A stretch of 60,522 nucleotides of DNA, taken from IMG/VR virus record IMGVR_UViG_3300010373_000011, positions 1 to 60,522 of that record; one strand, given 5' to 3'. Made by a program: the position numbers and the translations under genes. This document shows, in pieces, positions 1 through 8,548 of the stretch. How positions within the stretch are numbered: position 1 is the first letter of the stretch; each line of letters opens with the position of its first letter. This DNA comes from a virus. Lineage: Duplodnaviria; Caudoviricetes. The notes under the pieces were generated by a model. The model saw nothing but the letters and a program-made list of their open reading frames with translations, was not told the DNA's origin and searched no databases.

Positions 1-123
1 CGGCCTCCGAAAAACGCCTCGACACAAGCTCGCGGCGGCCACGTCGTTCCGCCCGCTCAAGGCCCCGTCGGATGGCTTCGCGGTCGTGCCGTCGCAATTG
101 TCCATGTGGGACAACGACCGCGA
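1..123. repeat. Terminal direct repeat, left copy (circular-assembly overlap)
   Basis: 1-123 is identical to 60400-60522, and an ORF reads in frame across the join. Confidence 0.95.
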
Positions 124-1147
124 CGGCGATTGCGTGACCGCCGAGGAGGCCTTTGCCAAGGCCGTGTGGTCGATCATGTGCGGGCAGCCGGAGCTGTTCA
201 TTCCGGACGCCGAGGTCATTCGCTGGGCCAGCAAGTATGGATTTCTCAACGGTGCCGAACTGCCGGATGTGATGGATCAGATGGCCAAGGACGGTTTCAC
301 GGTCGGCGGCGTCAACTACAAGGATGGCCCCTACGGTCAGGCCGTGGACTACTCGAACGAATCGACGCTTCAATCAGCCATCGAAACGGGGCCGGTGAAG
401 ATCGGCATCGACGCCGACGCGCTGAGCCCGGATGCCGGCAATGGGAGCGGATGGTTTTCCATCGGCGGTTCGCCCGGTTCGTGGACGAACGAAGATCACT
501 GCGTTGGCCTGTGCGGGCACGGCACGGCCTCGTTCCTGTTCGGCAAGCTCGGGTTGCCGGTGCCGAACGCGATTGATCCGACGAAGCGCGGTTACCTGCT
601 GTTCACATGGAGCAGCATCGGGTTCGTCGATCACGACTGGCTCATGTCCACGGAAGCGGAAGCGTGGGTGAGGAACCCGACGACTGTGGGGCAGTCGCCG
701 GCGCCGGGGCCGACGCCCAGCCCCACGCCACCCGGCCCGACGCCCATTCCGCCGGCACCTCCTGGCCCGACATTACTCAATTCCACGGGAACGATCAGCA
801 TCCCCGGCCAGAGTATCCGCGACGGTTTCCGGACGCTCAGCATTCCCGGCCAGAGCGTTCCCGTGAGCGTTACCGGGGTGCTGCCGTCCAGCGGACTGAC
901 TACGGACGGCATCGCGGCGTTGCTCGCAGTGAGCGGATTTAGCCAAGTGTCGCTCGGTATTTCCTCGATCAACTGGCAACAGTTGCTCCAGGCGTTGTTG
1001 GTGATTCTGCCGATGGTGTTGCCGCTATTCCTCGGAAGCATCAGCGATGCGAGGGACGCGGCCGGAAAACTGACACCCGCGCAGTGGCAACAGATTATTA
1101 CCGCCGCGCTGTATTTGATTCAGCAACTGCTGGCGGGGGGCAACTGA
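2..1147 (+). CDS. Papain-like cysteine peptidase with Pro/Thr linker and hydrophobic C-terminus (candidate lysin)
   Basis: WDNDRDGDCVTA (catalytic Cys context), DHCVGLCG (His), LFTWSS; PTPSPTPP linker; hydrophobic C-terminal helices. Confidence 0.6.
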   Translation, partial: GLRKTPRHKLAAATSFRPLKAPSDGFAVVPSQLSMWDNDRDGDCVTAEEAFAKAVWSIMCGQPELFIPDAEVIRWASKYGFLNGAELPDVMDQMAKDGFTVGGVNYKDGPYGQAVDYSNESTLQSAIETGPVKIGIDADALSPDAGNGSGWFSIGGSPGSWTNEDHCVGLCGHGTASFLFGKLGLPVPNAIDPTKRGYLLFTWSSIGFVDHDWLMSTEAEAWVRNPTTVGQSPAPGPTPSPTPPGPTPIPPAPPGPTLLNSTGTISIPGQSIRDGFRTLSIPGQSVPVSVTGVLPSSGLTTDGIAALLAVSGFSQVSLGISSINWQQLLQALLVILPMVLPLFLGSISDARDAAGKLTPAQWQQIITAALYLIQQLLAGGN

Positions 1148-1227
1148 TAAGCCCAGTCCCCCCGGACCATCCGCCCGCGAGGGGGCGGGCGCGGTGATTC
1201 CGGGACGTGCTATTCGAAAGGATCCCC

Positions 1228-2058
1228 ATGCTCCGCCTCCGCTGCGAACAACTCGAAGCCCGCGACGTGCCGGCCAACACCATCGTCGGCCTCGATCCGG
1301 CCATCGATCTCAGCGGCTTCCCCGGCGGCGGCACGGGGCTTATTCCCGACTGGAACGGCGGCATCCAGGTGACGCTCGGCGACGTGAACGGCGACCATAT
1401 CCTTGATGTCGCGGCAGTGGCCCAGGATGGCGGCTCGGCTCATGTTGTGGTGTACGACGGCGCGACGAAAGCGGAGCTCGGTTCGTTCATCGCCTTTGAT
1501 CCAAGCTTCCGCGGCGGCGCTCACGCCGTGATGACGAACGTTCCGCAGTTCGCATCGACGCTACTCGTGGTTCCGGGTGCGGGCGGCGGCCCGGTGGTAC
1601 AAGAGTACCGCTTCGTCGCGGGTAAAGGATTCCAGATTATCCACTCGGAGTTACTGCCTTATGACCAAGAGTATCGCGGCGGCTTGCAGGTCAGTACGGG
1701 GCCGGTCGTTCCCGGTGGTCAACCGGATGCCTTTTTCCTTCCCGCTATCGGCAGTGGTGGCCCGCAGCTCGTGGTCATGGACCTGCAAAGTGGTGTGGTG
1801 GTGTCCTCGTTCTACGCCGGACCGGTGGACGAAACGGACGTAACGTTCGAGCCGAGCGGCGGCACGATCACGATTCCCAGCGGCGTGACGGCGGATGGAC
1901 TGATTCAGTTCGCCCCGCCGCATCGTCTCGGGGTTGTCGTGCAAGATGGCCCGGTTGTGAATGGATTCGTTGATTCGCGCGTGTACGACGTGCTGAGCGG
2001 TGTGGATGTGACGGCGCGGTTTCCGGTGGACGGTCCGCCGGAGCCGCCGCCAGTGTAG
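1228..2058 (+). CDS. Secreted planctomycete-type surface protein with FG-GAP-like repeats
   Basis: N-terminal LRLRCEQLEARDVPA export motif; GGIQVTLGDVNGD and AFDPSFRGG / PYDQEYRGG repeats. Confidence 0.7.
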   Translation: MLRLRCEQLEARDVPANTIVGLDPAIDLSGFPGGGTGLIPDWNGGIQVTLGDVNGDHILDVAAVAQDGGSAHVVVYDGATKAELGSFIAFDPSFRGGAHAVMTNVPQFASTLLVVPGAGGGPVVQEYRFVAGKGFQIIHSELLPYDQEYRGGLQVSTGPVVPGGQPDAFFLPAIGSGGPQLVVMDLQSGVVVSSFYAGPVDETDVTFEPSGGTITIPSGVTADGLIQFAPPHRLGVVVQDGPVVNGFVDSRVYDVLSGVDVTARFPVDGPPEPPPV

Positions 2059-2161
2059 TTGCCCGGCACTACTGAGCGGAGCGGCCAAGTCGTTAGGCCG
2101 TCCGGTGCTCGTTGCCCGATAGCTCAGGCCGGTTGTTTCCAACGGAGTGGGGTAGCAAACG

Positions 2162-2575
2162 ATGGAACCGTTCCTCATCGTCGTTGTCGCAATGCTGCTC
2201 CTGTGGATCGCGGTTCTCAATGTGGAGAATCGCCGGCTCGTGAACCTCATGCGGGGGTTCGCGACTGTGGCACACGACCTCTCAGCCATCGTGAACAAGT
2301 TCGCCGCCGGGATGGGCGGCGATGATGATGACGATGATGTAGACGATACGGATGCAGGCAAGCACAGAGTTGACGTAACGCGCGGCACGGGGGCTAACGG
2401 GGCGTTCACGGATTCCGATCTCTGGACCGCCGCCGAACGAATCGGAGACGGTCCGTTCGCTTCACGAATTCGCGAAGTGCTTCGAGAGAATGCGGAGATG
2501 CGGCGGGAGCTGGGCCGGGCATCGCCGCTTGAACCGGCTCACGCACCGGCTCACTCGACAGCCACTCGCTCATGA
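2162..2575 (+). CDS. Single-TM membrane protein with acidic tract
   Basis: Hydrophobic N-terminus, poly-Asp stretch, GGAG upstream. Confidence 0.6.
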   Translation: MEPFLIVVVAMLLLWIAVLNVENRRLVNLMRGFATVAHDLSAIVNKFAAGMGGDDDDDDVDDTDAGKHRVDVTRGTGANGAFTDSDLWTAAERIGDGPFASRIREVLRENAEMRRELGRASPLEPAHAPAHSTATRS

Positions 2576-2672
2576 GCAGTGTCGGGTTCCCGCACAGTTC
2601 GGCGATGGCGTCGTAGTCGTTCATGGTGATGTGCCCTCGAAAGAGGGCTGTTGAGGGTGCAAGGTTCGTGCC

Positions 2673-2747
2673 GCAGCCGAAGCTCAAATGGTAGAGCACC
2701 GGGCAACTAACCCGTATGGGATGTAGGTTCGACTCCTACCGGCTGCT
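2673..2747 (+). tRNA. tRNA-like element with non-canonical anticodon loop (CAACTAA)
   Basis: Acceptor GCAGCCG/CGGCTGC; D arm GCTC-AAATGGTA-GAGC; CGGG/CCCG anticodon stem; T arm GTAGG-TTCGACT-CCTAC; A at positions 8 and 33. Confidence 0.75.
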
Positions 2748-2779
2748 CTAATTATCGTTCGCTGTAACAAGGAGCCTCG

Positions 2780-3280
2780 TTGATGCGTCTTATTATTGTT
2801 TTGCTCACTTTCGTGACACTCGCAACCACGGCCACAGCCGGCCCACTGCGCCGCCGGACCGTGCTTCGCCATCGAGCCACGACGTACACGCTCAATACGC
2901 CGCTCGGCCCGGTGAGCCGCAAGACCGAGCACACGACGATCCGCGGGCCAGGGGCGAGTGCCGCTGTCATCGATGCGCTCGCGGAAGTGAATGCGAAGCG
3001 GGCCGCGCGGGGCTTACCGGGGTTCGTCGCTGACCCGGCGCTCACGCAAGCGGCTCAGGCGGCGGCCGCGTTTCGCGCTACCAATCGCATCGAGGGGCAC
3101 ACGAGCAACGACTTCGCTTTTTTGCCGCCGGGCAGCGCCGCTCACGCTGCCGGGTGTGCGGCCATCGATTCGTCCTGGGGCTTCCTGTCATGCTGCCAGT
3201 GGGAGCGGTGGACGTATGCCGGGGCCGCGTCGGTCGTGGGGAGTGACGGGAAGGTGTATCACCATTTGTTTGTGAGGTAA
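2780..3280 (+). CDS. Secreted CAP/SCP-like domain protein
   Basis: Signal peptide; ALAEVNAKRAARGLPGFVADPALTQAAQ...GH...YAGAA resembles CAP domain. Confidence 0.65.
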   Translation: MMRLIIVLLTFVTLATTATAGPLRRRTVLRHRATTYTLNTPLGPVSRKTEHTTIRGPGASAAVIDALAEVNAKRAARGLPGFVADPALTQAAQAAAAFRATNRIEGHTSNDFAFLPPGSAAHAAGCAAIDSSWGFLSCCQWERWTYAGAASVVGSDGKVYHHLFVR

Positions 3281-3694
3281 GTGATGCCGCCAGAAGCCGC
3301 CGAACTCGAAGACGCCATTGCCCGCGCCAAGGCGGAGCAAGGGGAACTGCGCGAGCAGCTGGCACGCCAGGACGTGATTATTGGGGCGTTGATTGCGGAG
3401 AACGCAAGCCTCAAGCGGCAGGTAGAGTTTCTTCGTCAGCCAATGCCCGCGATCACGGATGGGTTCGTGACTTCCGCCAATGACCCATTCGCCAACACAA
3501 CGATCCACGCCGGCCCAACCATCACCGACTACTCCCGGCCGTTCTCTCTGACGCCGCCGGCCGTCGTGCAGATGCCCGGTCAACTCGGCGCGCCGGACGG
3601 CCTGCCGATGGGCGAGCCGGCCCCGATGAGCCTGGCGGAAGAGAACGCAGGGCTGCGGAATGTGGAGCAGTCGCAGTTGCAGCCGCCGCAATGA
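3281..3694 (+). CDS. Hypothetical coiled-coil protein
   Basis: Abuts previous stop; heptad-like N-terminus. Confidence 0.55.
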   Translation: MMPPEAAELEDAIARAKAEQGELREQLARQDVIIGALIAENASLKRQVEFLRQPMPAITDGFVTSANDPFANTTIHAGPTITDYSRPFSLTPPAVVQMPGQLGAPDGLPMGEPAPMSLAEENAGLRNVEQSQLQPPQ

Positions 3695-3775
3695 ATCACC
3701 CCGGTCGGTGCCTAAACCCGTGACACGGCGAGGGGTCTCTCGCCGGTCGGGGTGAACTGACAAAGAGGAATCGCA

Positions 3776-3895
3776 ATGGCCTCGTGGGGCGACGGATTCG
3801 GCAACTTGTTCGACGGGCTGATTGCTCTCGTCAAGTGGCTCGCCATCGCCCTGGTCGCGGCCATCGGTGTGATCGTGTGGTTGTGTTTTCGCTAG
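3776..3895 (+). CDS. Small membrane protein (39 aa, not in ORF track)
   Basis: AGAGGA RBS; MASWGDGFGNLFDGLIALVKWLAIALVAAIGVIVWLCFR. Confidence 0.6.
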   Translation: MASWGDGFGNLFDGLIALVKWLAIALVAAIGVIVWLCFR

Positions 3896-3930
3896 ATGGA
3901 TTGTTTTGCCCTTCAAGGAGGTCTCTACTC

Positions 3931-4284
3931 ATGCGTCTCATGCTCGCGGCCGTGGCCGCAATCTGCTTTCTCGTGCTGGCCGGCGATGCCACGGCCGGGC
4001 CGATCCGAAGGATTGCTGCGGCAATTGCCGAACGCCGGGCGGAGCGGAACGGCGGCTGCCAGGCCGCAACCACCGGCCCCGCCGCTATTCCCCGCGTCGC
4101 CGCCTGCAATTGTGCCGGCGGATGCCAATGCCCGGCCGGTGTCCCGTGCGTCAATCCCGCTGGATGCCCCGCAAAGGCGACTCTCCACTTAACGCCGTCG
4201 TTCGCTGCCCCGGCGCTGTCGTCGGGCTGCCCCGGCGGTGTGTGCCCGGCACCGGCGAGGCGGGGATTGTTTGGTTGGCGGTGA
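3931..4284 (+). CDS. Secreted Cys-rich peptide of planctomycete type
   Basis: AAGGAGGT RBS; signal peptide; CNCAGGCQCP and GCPGGVCP motifs; RRGLFG C-terminus. Confidence 0.7.
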   Translation: MRLMLAAVAAICFLVLAGDATAGPIRRIAAAIAERRAERNGGCQAATTGPAAIPRVAACNCAGGCQCPAGVPCVNPAGCPAKATLHLTPSFAAPALSSGCPGGVCPAPARRGLFGWR

Positions 4285-4308
4285 TGCGGAGTAAATGCCG
4301 CGCATGAC

Positions 4309-4344
4309 AACGCCCTCGGGTGATGCCGAGGGCGTTTTTCGTTT
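4309..4344 (+). terminator. Rho-independent terminator ending the rightward late operon
   Basis: AACGCCCTCGG/CCGAGGGCGTT hairpin followed by TTTCGTTT, where opposing operons converge. Confidence 0.75.
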
Positions 4345-4547
4345 CACGATGTCGTGGCATCTGACTGATGTTCTTTTTGAATGTATTCATGGCCCCACGG
4401 CTTCGACCCCGGCGGTTCCCCATGCACTGGCCCGTGAATGGCCTTGTGCTTTTGGTGGCCACAGAGCGAGCATGCTCCGCACCGGCAGTTCGGCCAGGTC
4501 GGGCACTCCCGAATATCAATTGCCCCTGTTTCTGCCCCTGTTTCCAT
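4344..4547 (-). CDS. Small Cys/His-rich hypothetical protein
   Basis: Last ORF of the tightly packed leftward operon. Confidence 0.45.
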   Translation of the reverse strand: METGAETGAIDIRECPTWPNCRCGACSLCGHQKHKAIHGPVHGEPPGSKPWGHEYIQKEHQSDATTS

Positions 4548-4550
4548 TTC

Positions 4551-4757
4551 TCACCTCTCCATCAGATGCACCACTTCCACCGCCTCGCCCCGCAGCAATC
4601 GCGCCGGGGCACGCTCCAGAGCGTCCGCGCAGTCGGTACAGATGCCGTAGGCGATGCCAGTGCCATCGCGCGGAAGGCGAAGCAACTCCAGACTCACGAA
4701 CGTCGCGGCGTCCTTGGGGAGCTGGCAGAGCGGGCAGGTGCGGGGGTCGGTGGTCAT
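4551..4757 (-). CDS. Small zinc-finger protein
   Basis: CPLC...CTDC; start overlaps upstream stop. Confidence 0.6.
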   Translation of the reverse strand: MTTDPRTCPLCQLPKDAATFVSLELLRLPRDGTGIAYGICTDCADALERAPARLLRGEAVEVVHLMER

Positions 4758-5050
4758 GATTCGCCCTCGTAATACTCCGTCTCGCCGATGTGCTCCCAAT
4801 GCGCCAACTCCAGGTCATCATCGTCAGGCCACGTCGTATACCGCATCTCGTCGATTTCCATGAACCCCTGGACGGCTTTCGCGAAGTTCTCCTTGCACCA
4901 CGCGCGAGCCGCCTCCAACGTGGTGAAGCTCTTGTACCGATGCACGGCGTCGTCGGGGTCGCACTCGCCATATTCATTGAGCGGCGTTTCGACGATGTAG
5001 TCCACCTGGAACTTGATATCGCCGAGTTTGGAACGAGCGCGGAGTTTCAC
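4754..5050 (-). CDS. Acidic hypothetical protein
   Basis: GTG start overlapping upstream TGA; protein-like composition. Confidence 0.6.
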   Translation of the reverse strand: MKLRARSKLGDIKFQVDYIVETPLNEYGECDPDDAVHRYKSFTTLEAARAWCKENFAKAVQGFMEIDEMRYTTWPDDDDLELAHWEHIGETEYYEGES

Positions 5051-5421
5051 GGCGTTTCCCCTTTCGCTTCCATGTCGAGTTCGGTTTCCTCTTCCCACTG
5101 TTCGCGCTGCGACTGGCTCAGTTCGAATTCGAGCAGCATATCCCGCAGTTCCTCCATGCCGTGCGCAGACGCAATCGTTTTCAAGCAAGCTCGCCATCGG
5201 CCCAGCCCGTCACCGGTTCTCGCTAGGGGAATATCGTCCGCCCCACATTCCGCGTCGATGTCAGCGCTGGTGATTTTGGTCTCCGCAACGTGAACGCCAG
5301 CCTCATCCCGCCAGTACTCGAACGCCTCTTCGCGGGTTTGATTCGCCGCGACGAAGTTGTCCACGATGGTGGAGAACACTGCATATTTGCCATTCGGCTG
5401 CTTAACTGCAAAACGCGGCAT
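5047..5421 (-). CDS. Hypothetical phage protein
   Basis: GGAGG RBS; MPRFAVKQPNGKYAVFSTIVDNF. Confidence 0.7.
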   Translation of the reverse strand: MPRFAVKQPNGKYAVFSTIVDNFVAANQTREEAFEYWRDEAGVHVAETKITSADIDAECGADDIPLARTGDGLGRWRACLKTIASAHGMEELRDMLLEFELSQSQREQWEEETELDMEAKGETP

Positions 5422-5423
5422 AG

Positions 5424-5668
5424 CTATCCTCCGGTTTTTCCTTTCGCCTTGGCAATGGCGGCGCGGGCCGCATTTATTCGCTGCGAATCGCCTTCACAAG
5501 TTCTGTGTTCGCCACTTTCGACATCACCTTCAATCCGCTGAAGACAGATTTCGAGTGCGGAAAGAAGGTCCTGCAAGCCAATTTCACGACGGCGGCACGC
5601 ATCAATCGCGCCTGTTCCCGGCGAGTCTTCGGATCGCCGTACATGTCCACCAGGCCGGGGACGATCAC
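5424..5668 (-). pseudogene. Probable frameshifted gene of the common phage 'RLIAAAPDLL...ARAAIAKA' type
   Basis: EQARLMRAA is in one frame and QDLLSALE...ARAAIAKAKG in the adjacent frame. Confidence 0.4.
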
Positions 5669-6117
5669 GAGCGCCCCCACGGTTTGAGCCACGGCAACTG
5701 GGGCACGCGGCGGTAATACGCCTTGCGCTCCAGTGCCTTGTGCGGCCGGTCGCCCATCCGTCGCGGCCGCGTCCACACGGTGAATACCCACTCCTTGCCG
5801 GCGTCGGAATCCAGCGGCAACCGGTCGATGCTCCGCGTGTCCAGGTGGCACGACCACGGATTCGCCGTGCCGTCGTCCAGCAAAATTTCCAGGGCATCGG
5901 CCTGTTTCCCCGCTGGCCACGGCCCCCGCGAGATGACGGCTTCGCGGCCGGCGGCCAGGTCCGGGATTATCGTCTCCAGCAGCGGCGGCACGAGCAAACG
6001 GAACGCCCCCGCGTTGGTGGAGAGGTAGAGGTTGCCCGCCGTGGCCGCATCAGTTCGCCAATAATTTGTGGTGGTGATTAGTGGCCCGTGGCTGGAGATT
6101 TTCAGGAGCATTGGCAT
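5665..6117 (-). CDS. Hypothetical protein directly downstream of the hammerhead ribozyme
   Basis: Long protein-like ORF; GAGG from the ribozyme core is well spaced for the ATG at 6111. Confidence 0.7.
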   Translation of the reverse strand: MPMLLKISSHGPLITTTNYWRTDAATAGNLYLSTNAGAFRLLVPPLLETIIPDLAAGREAVISRGPWPAGKQADALEILLDDGTANPWSCHLDTRSIDRLPLDSDAGKEWVFTVWTRPRRMGDRPHKALERKAYYRRVPQLPWLKPWGRS

Positions 6118-6171
6118 GGCCTCATCAGTACCCGCATTACGGGTAGACCGGGCCGGAGCCCGGTTTCGGCC
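6118..6171 (-). ncRNA. Type II hammerhead ribozyme
   Basis: Minus strand GGCC-GAAA-C-CGGGC-TCCG-GCCCG-GTC-TACCCG-TAATG-CGGGTA-CTGATGA-GGCC: complete core and three perfect stems. Confidence 0.9.
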
Positions 6172-7790
6172 TAGCGACCTTCCAGCGTCCTCTGGGCCGC
6201 GACTCGCACGGCCCGCCGCGTGAATGCGTCGTTACGGGTCGCGAGGATCAGACTCGCCCGCGCCGCGCCGATGGACTCCGGGCCGCTGGCCCCGATTCGC
6301 CGGGCCAGGTCTGCGGCGAAGCTCTTGCTCCCCGCCGGGCAATTCCCGGCCCCGATACTGTCCTCGATCATCACCCACGGATTTTTCTCGGCGACGATCC
6401 GATCCATCTCGGATTGCCACTCGCGGGCGGCGTCCAGCGTGGCCCGGATGCCGAGCGCGTCGATCACGTCGTCCACCACGACCATCCAGCCATTGCGGGC
6501 CACGGCGGTAAGCTGCCGCGAATCCAGGTGGAATCGAGCCTCCGCGTTATCCTCCGCGTCGTCGGCCACGACGTAGAGCCCGTCGTCGTCGATGCCCATC
6601 TCCAGACCGGCCGGGGCATCATGCGCGTCCATCACGATCCGGCCGAGAGCGGCGAGCGCCTTGGCCTCGGTCGTATACGCCTTGCCGTTGTCGGCGATCT
6701 CCCGGAGAGCCGCGAGAGCGCCGGCCTCGTCCCGATAGACGGCATCGGACCCTTCGACCGCCCAGGCGGTCGCGTAATACTCCATATCGTCCACGTCGCG
6801 GTAGGTCATGTACACGTCATGACCGGCGATGCCTCCCGTGAGGATGCTGATCTCCTCGACCGCCGAATCCCGGATGATGTAGCGATGCTCCTTGATCTCC
6901 ATATCGTCCACGGTCACATCGTCCCACGACGGCTCGTCGCCGTGATCCGCATCGCTGGCAGCGTCGCGGATGGAATCGTCGAGGGCCTCGCGATCCAGCG
7001 TCACCCAGCGGCCGCCCTGCCGCCAGCACGGGATTGGACCGCCGCCGTCCACATTGTTTCCACTGTCGATCTCCCAGCCATCGCCCCCATCGCTCACGCG
7101 GGGCAGACCCATACCGCTGCCGTCGTCATCTTCGGTCGCCCACTCCTCATACTGCCGATTGCCGTCCGGGCCCATCTGCCCGACCAGGTGCCAGCCCTGC
7201 ACCTCGATGGTCGGCATTCCATCGGCGCGAATCTCCAGATCGTAGGTCGGCCATGCGGCACCGCTCTCCGTGCGCCAGTCGGACTGCCACGACTCGGCGT
7301 CGGTGCACGTCACGGACGCCTCGACCGTATCGACCACACCGCTCTCCACGAGCCAGTCGCGGTCGGCGTCGTCCAGGTAGGCCCATACGGCGGCCAGGTC
7401 GATGCCCAGCCACTCGATCGCAAACGTCGTCAAATCGGCCTGGCCGCGCTCGATCATGGCCAGGGTCATTTTTACCTGCCGCTCGACGTGATCGAGCGGC
7501 AGGGCCGCATACCGCGCAGCCTCGGCCCGCGCGTCCTCGGCGATGGCATCGCGATAGGCCATGATCCGCCGTCGCATCTCCGCAGCCAGACCATCTGCGG
7601 AAACCGCGGGGATGTAGGTAATAAGATTGCCGGCGCGACCGCTCCCATAGATCGCGTATCCGCGATCACCAGCCGGCACGTAGGACCAGTCAGACCGGAT
7701 CGGCCCGGAATACTGGATGATTCCGGGAGCGCCGATGGCCTCGGGGCAGAGATCGGCGATGAGGGGCAGCGATGCAATTGTCGCGGTCAT
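6171..7790 (-). CDS. Large acidic hypothetical protein (539 aa)
   Basis: AGGAG RBS; long D/E-rich ORF; C-terminal GNCPAG motif. Confidence 0.8.
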   Translation of the reverse strand: MTATIASLPLIADLCPEAIGAPGIIQYSGPIRSDWSYVPAGDRGYAIYGSGRAGNLITYIPAVSADGLAAEMRRRIMAYRDAIAEDARAEAARYAALPLDHVERQVKMTLAMIERGQADLTTFAIEWLGIDLAAVWAYLDDADRDWLVESGVVDTVEASVTCTDAESWQSDWRTESGAAWPTYDLEIRADGMPTIEVQGWHLVGQMGPDGNRQYEEWATEDDDGSGMGLPRVSDGGDGWEIDSGNNVDGGGPIPCWRQGGRWVTLDREALDDSIRDAASDADHGDEPSWDDVTVDDMEIKEHRYIIRDSAVEEISILTGGIAGHDVYMTYRDVDDMEYYATAWAVEGSDAVYRDEAGALAALREIADNGKAYTTEAKALAALGRIVMDAHDAPAGLEMGIDDDGLYVVADDAEDNAEARFHLDSRQLTAVARNGWMVVVDDVIDALGIRATLDAAREWQSEMDRIVAEKNPWVMIEDSIGAGNCPAGSKSFAADLARRIGASGPESIGAARASLILATRNDAFTRRAVRVAAQRTLEGR

Positions 7791-7899
7791 GATAGGCTCC
7801 TGTACCCGACTTTTGCGCCCTGGGTCCGGGCGGATCGGTCCGGCGTATCCGGCCGCTCTCCAGACTCCCCACCGAGCGGGGAGGCCGAAGCGGGGTCGG

Positions 7900-8088
7900 C
7901 TAGGCGCGGGCCAACCGACGAATGCGCCGGACGGCGGCGGCCGTCAACGAATGGCAGGTCGTGTAGTAGCCGGCCACCGAATCCCAGACTCGCACGGAAT
8001 CCTGACCCACCAGGAATTTGTGCTCGCGGATTCCCTCCGTCGAGAACGCCTTGGCGCGGGCAACGACGATTGTTTCGGTCGCAGTCAT
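7900..8088 (-). CDS. Small hypothetical protein, first gene of leftward operon
   Basis: GGAG RBS; VRVWDSVAGYYTTCHSL. Confidence 0.65.
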   Translation of the reverse strand: MTATETIVVARAKAFSTEGIREHKFLVGQDSVRVWDSVAGYYTTCHSLTAAAVRRIRRLARA

Positions 8089-8134
8089 GATTCTCTCCGG
8101 TTCGGGGTTCCGTTCTTTCGTCCTCACACAATCA

Positions 8135-8174
8135 TTTATACTCCCTGTAATTCCAGAGTCAATATCAGGGAGTA
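8135..8174 (-). promoter_or_regulatory. Leftward sigma70-like promoter with inverted-repeat operator
   Basis: Minus strand TTGACT-N16-TATAAA; TACTCCCTG (8139-8147) / CAGGGAGTA (8166-8174). Confidence 0.55.
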
Positions 8175-8308
8175 CGAAATCAGAAAGATTTTTCCAGAAT
8201 CCCAGAAAATGCCTTATTTCGTAGAGTTTTCGGGTAGTGTATCATTTTGAACTCGCAACCGAGCTTGGCAGGGTTGCCGGAACGCCAATTGCCGGGTAGC
8301 GTCAGGGT

Positions 8309-8548
8309 ATGGCAAAGAAACCGAAGAAGAATCCGAAGCCCGTCAAGGTCCGCCAGGACTTTGCCCAGAATGCATTCAGAGTCATGAGGGAGGCCACGGG
8401 GCAGGCCGAGCGAACACCAGAGCCGAAGGAGAAAGACCCGGCAGCGGTCGCGCTGGGGTCGAAGGGTGGCGCGGCTAGAGCGAAAGGCATGAGCAAAAAG
8501 AAGCGTTCGGATGCCGCTAGGAAGGCTGCTCAGACTCGTTGGAATTGA
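8309..8548 (+). CDS. Small basic KGG-motif protein (IS passenger)
   Basis: KDPAAVALGSKGGAARAKGMSKKKRSDAARKAAQTRW. Confidence 0.75.
   Translation: MAKKPKKNPKPVKVRQDFAQNAFRVMREATGQAERTPEPKEKDPAAVALGSKGGAARAKGMSKKKRSDAARKAAQTRWN

Noticed and set aside
2673-2747. Amber suppressor tRNA / stop-codon recoding
   Set aside because: CTA is off-centre in the loop, U33 is missing, and genes end normally at TAG with no fragmentation
6414-8090. Long antisense ORFs (e.g. 6414-8090, 12870-14186, 27342-28382, 28355-29611, 37346-38497)
   Set aside because: Shadow frames of real genes in high-GC DNA, with no motifs or RBS
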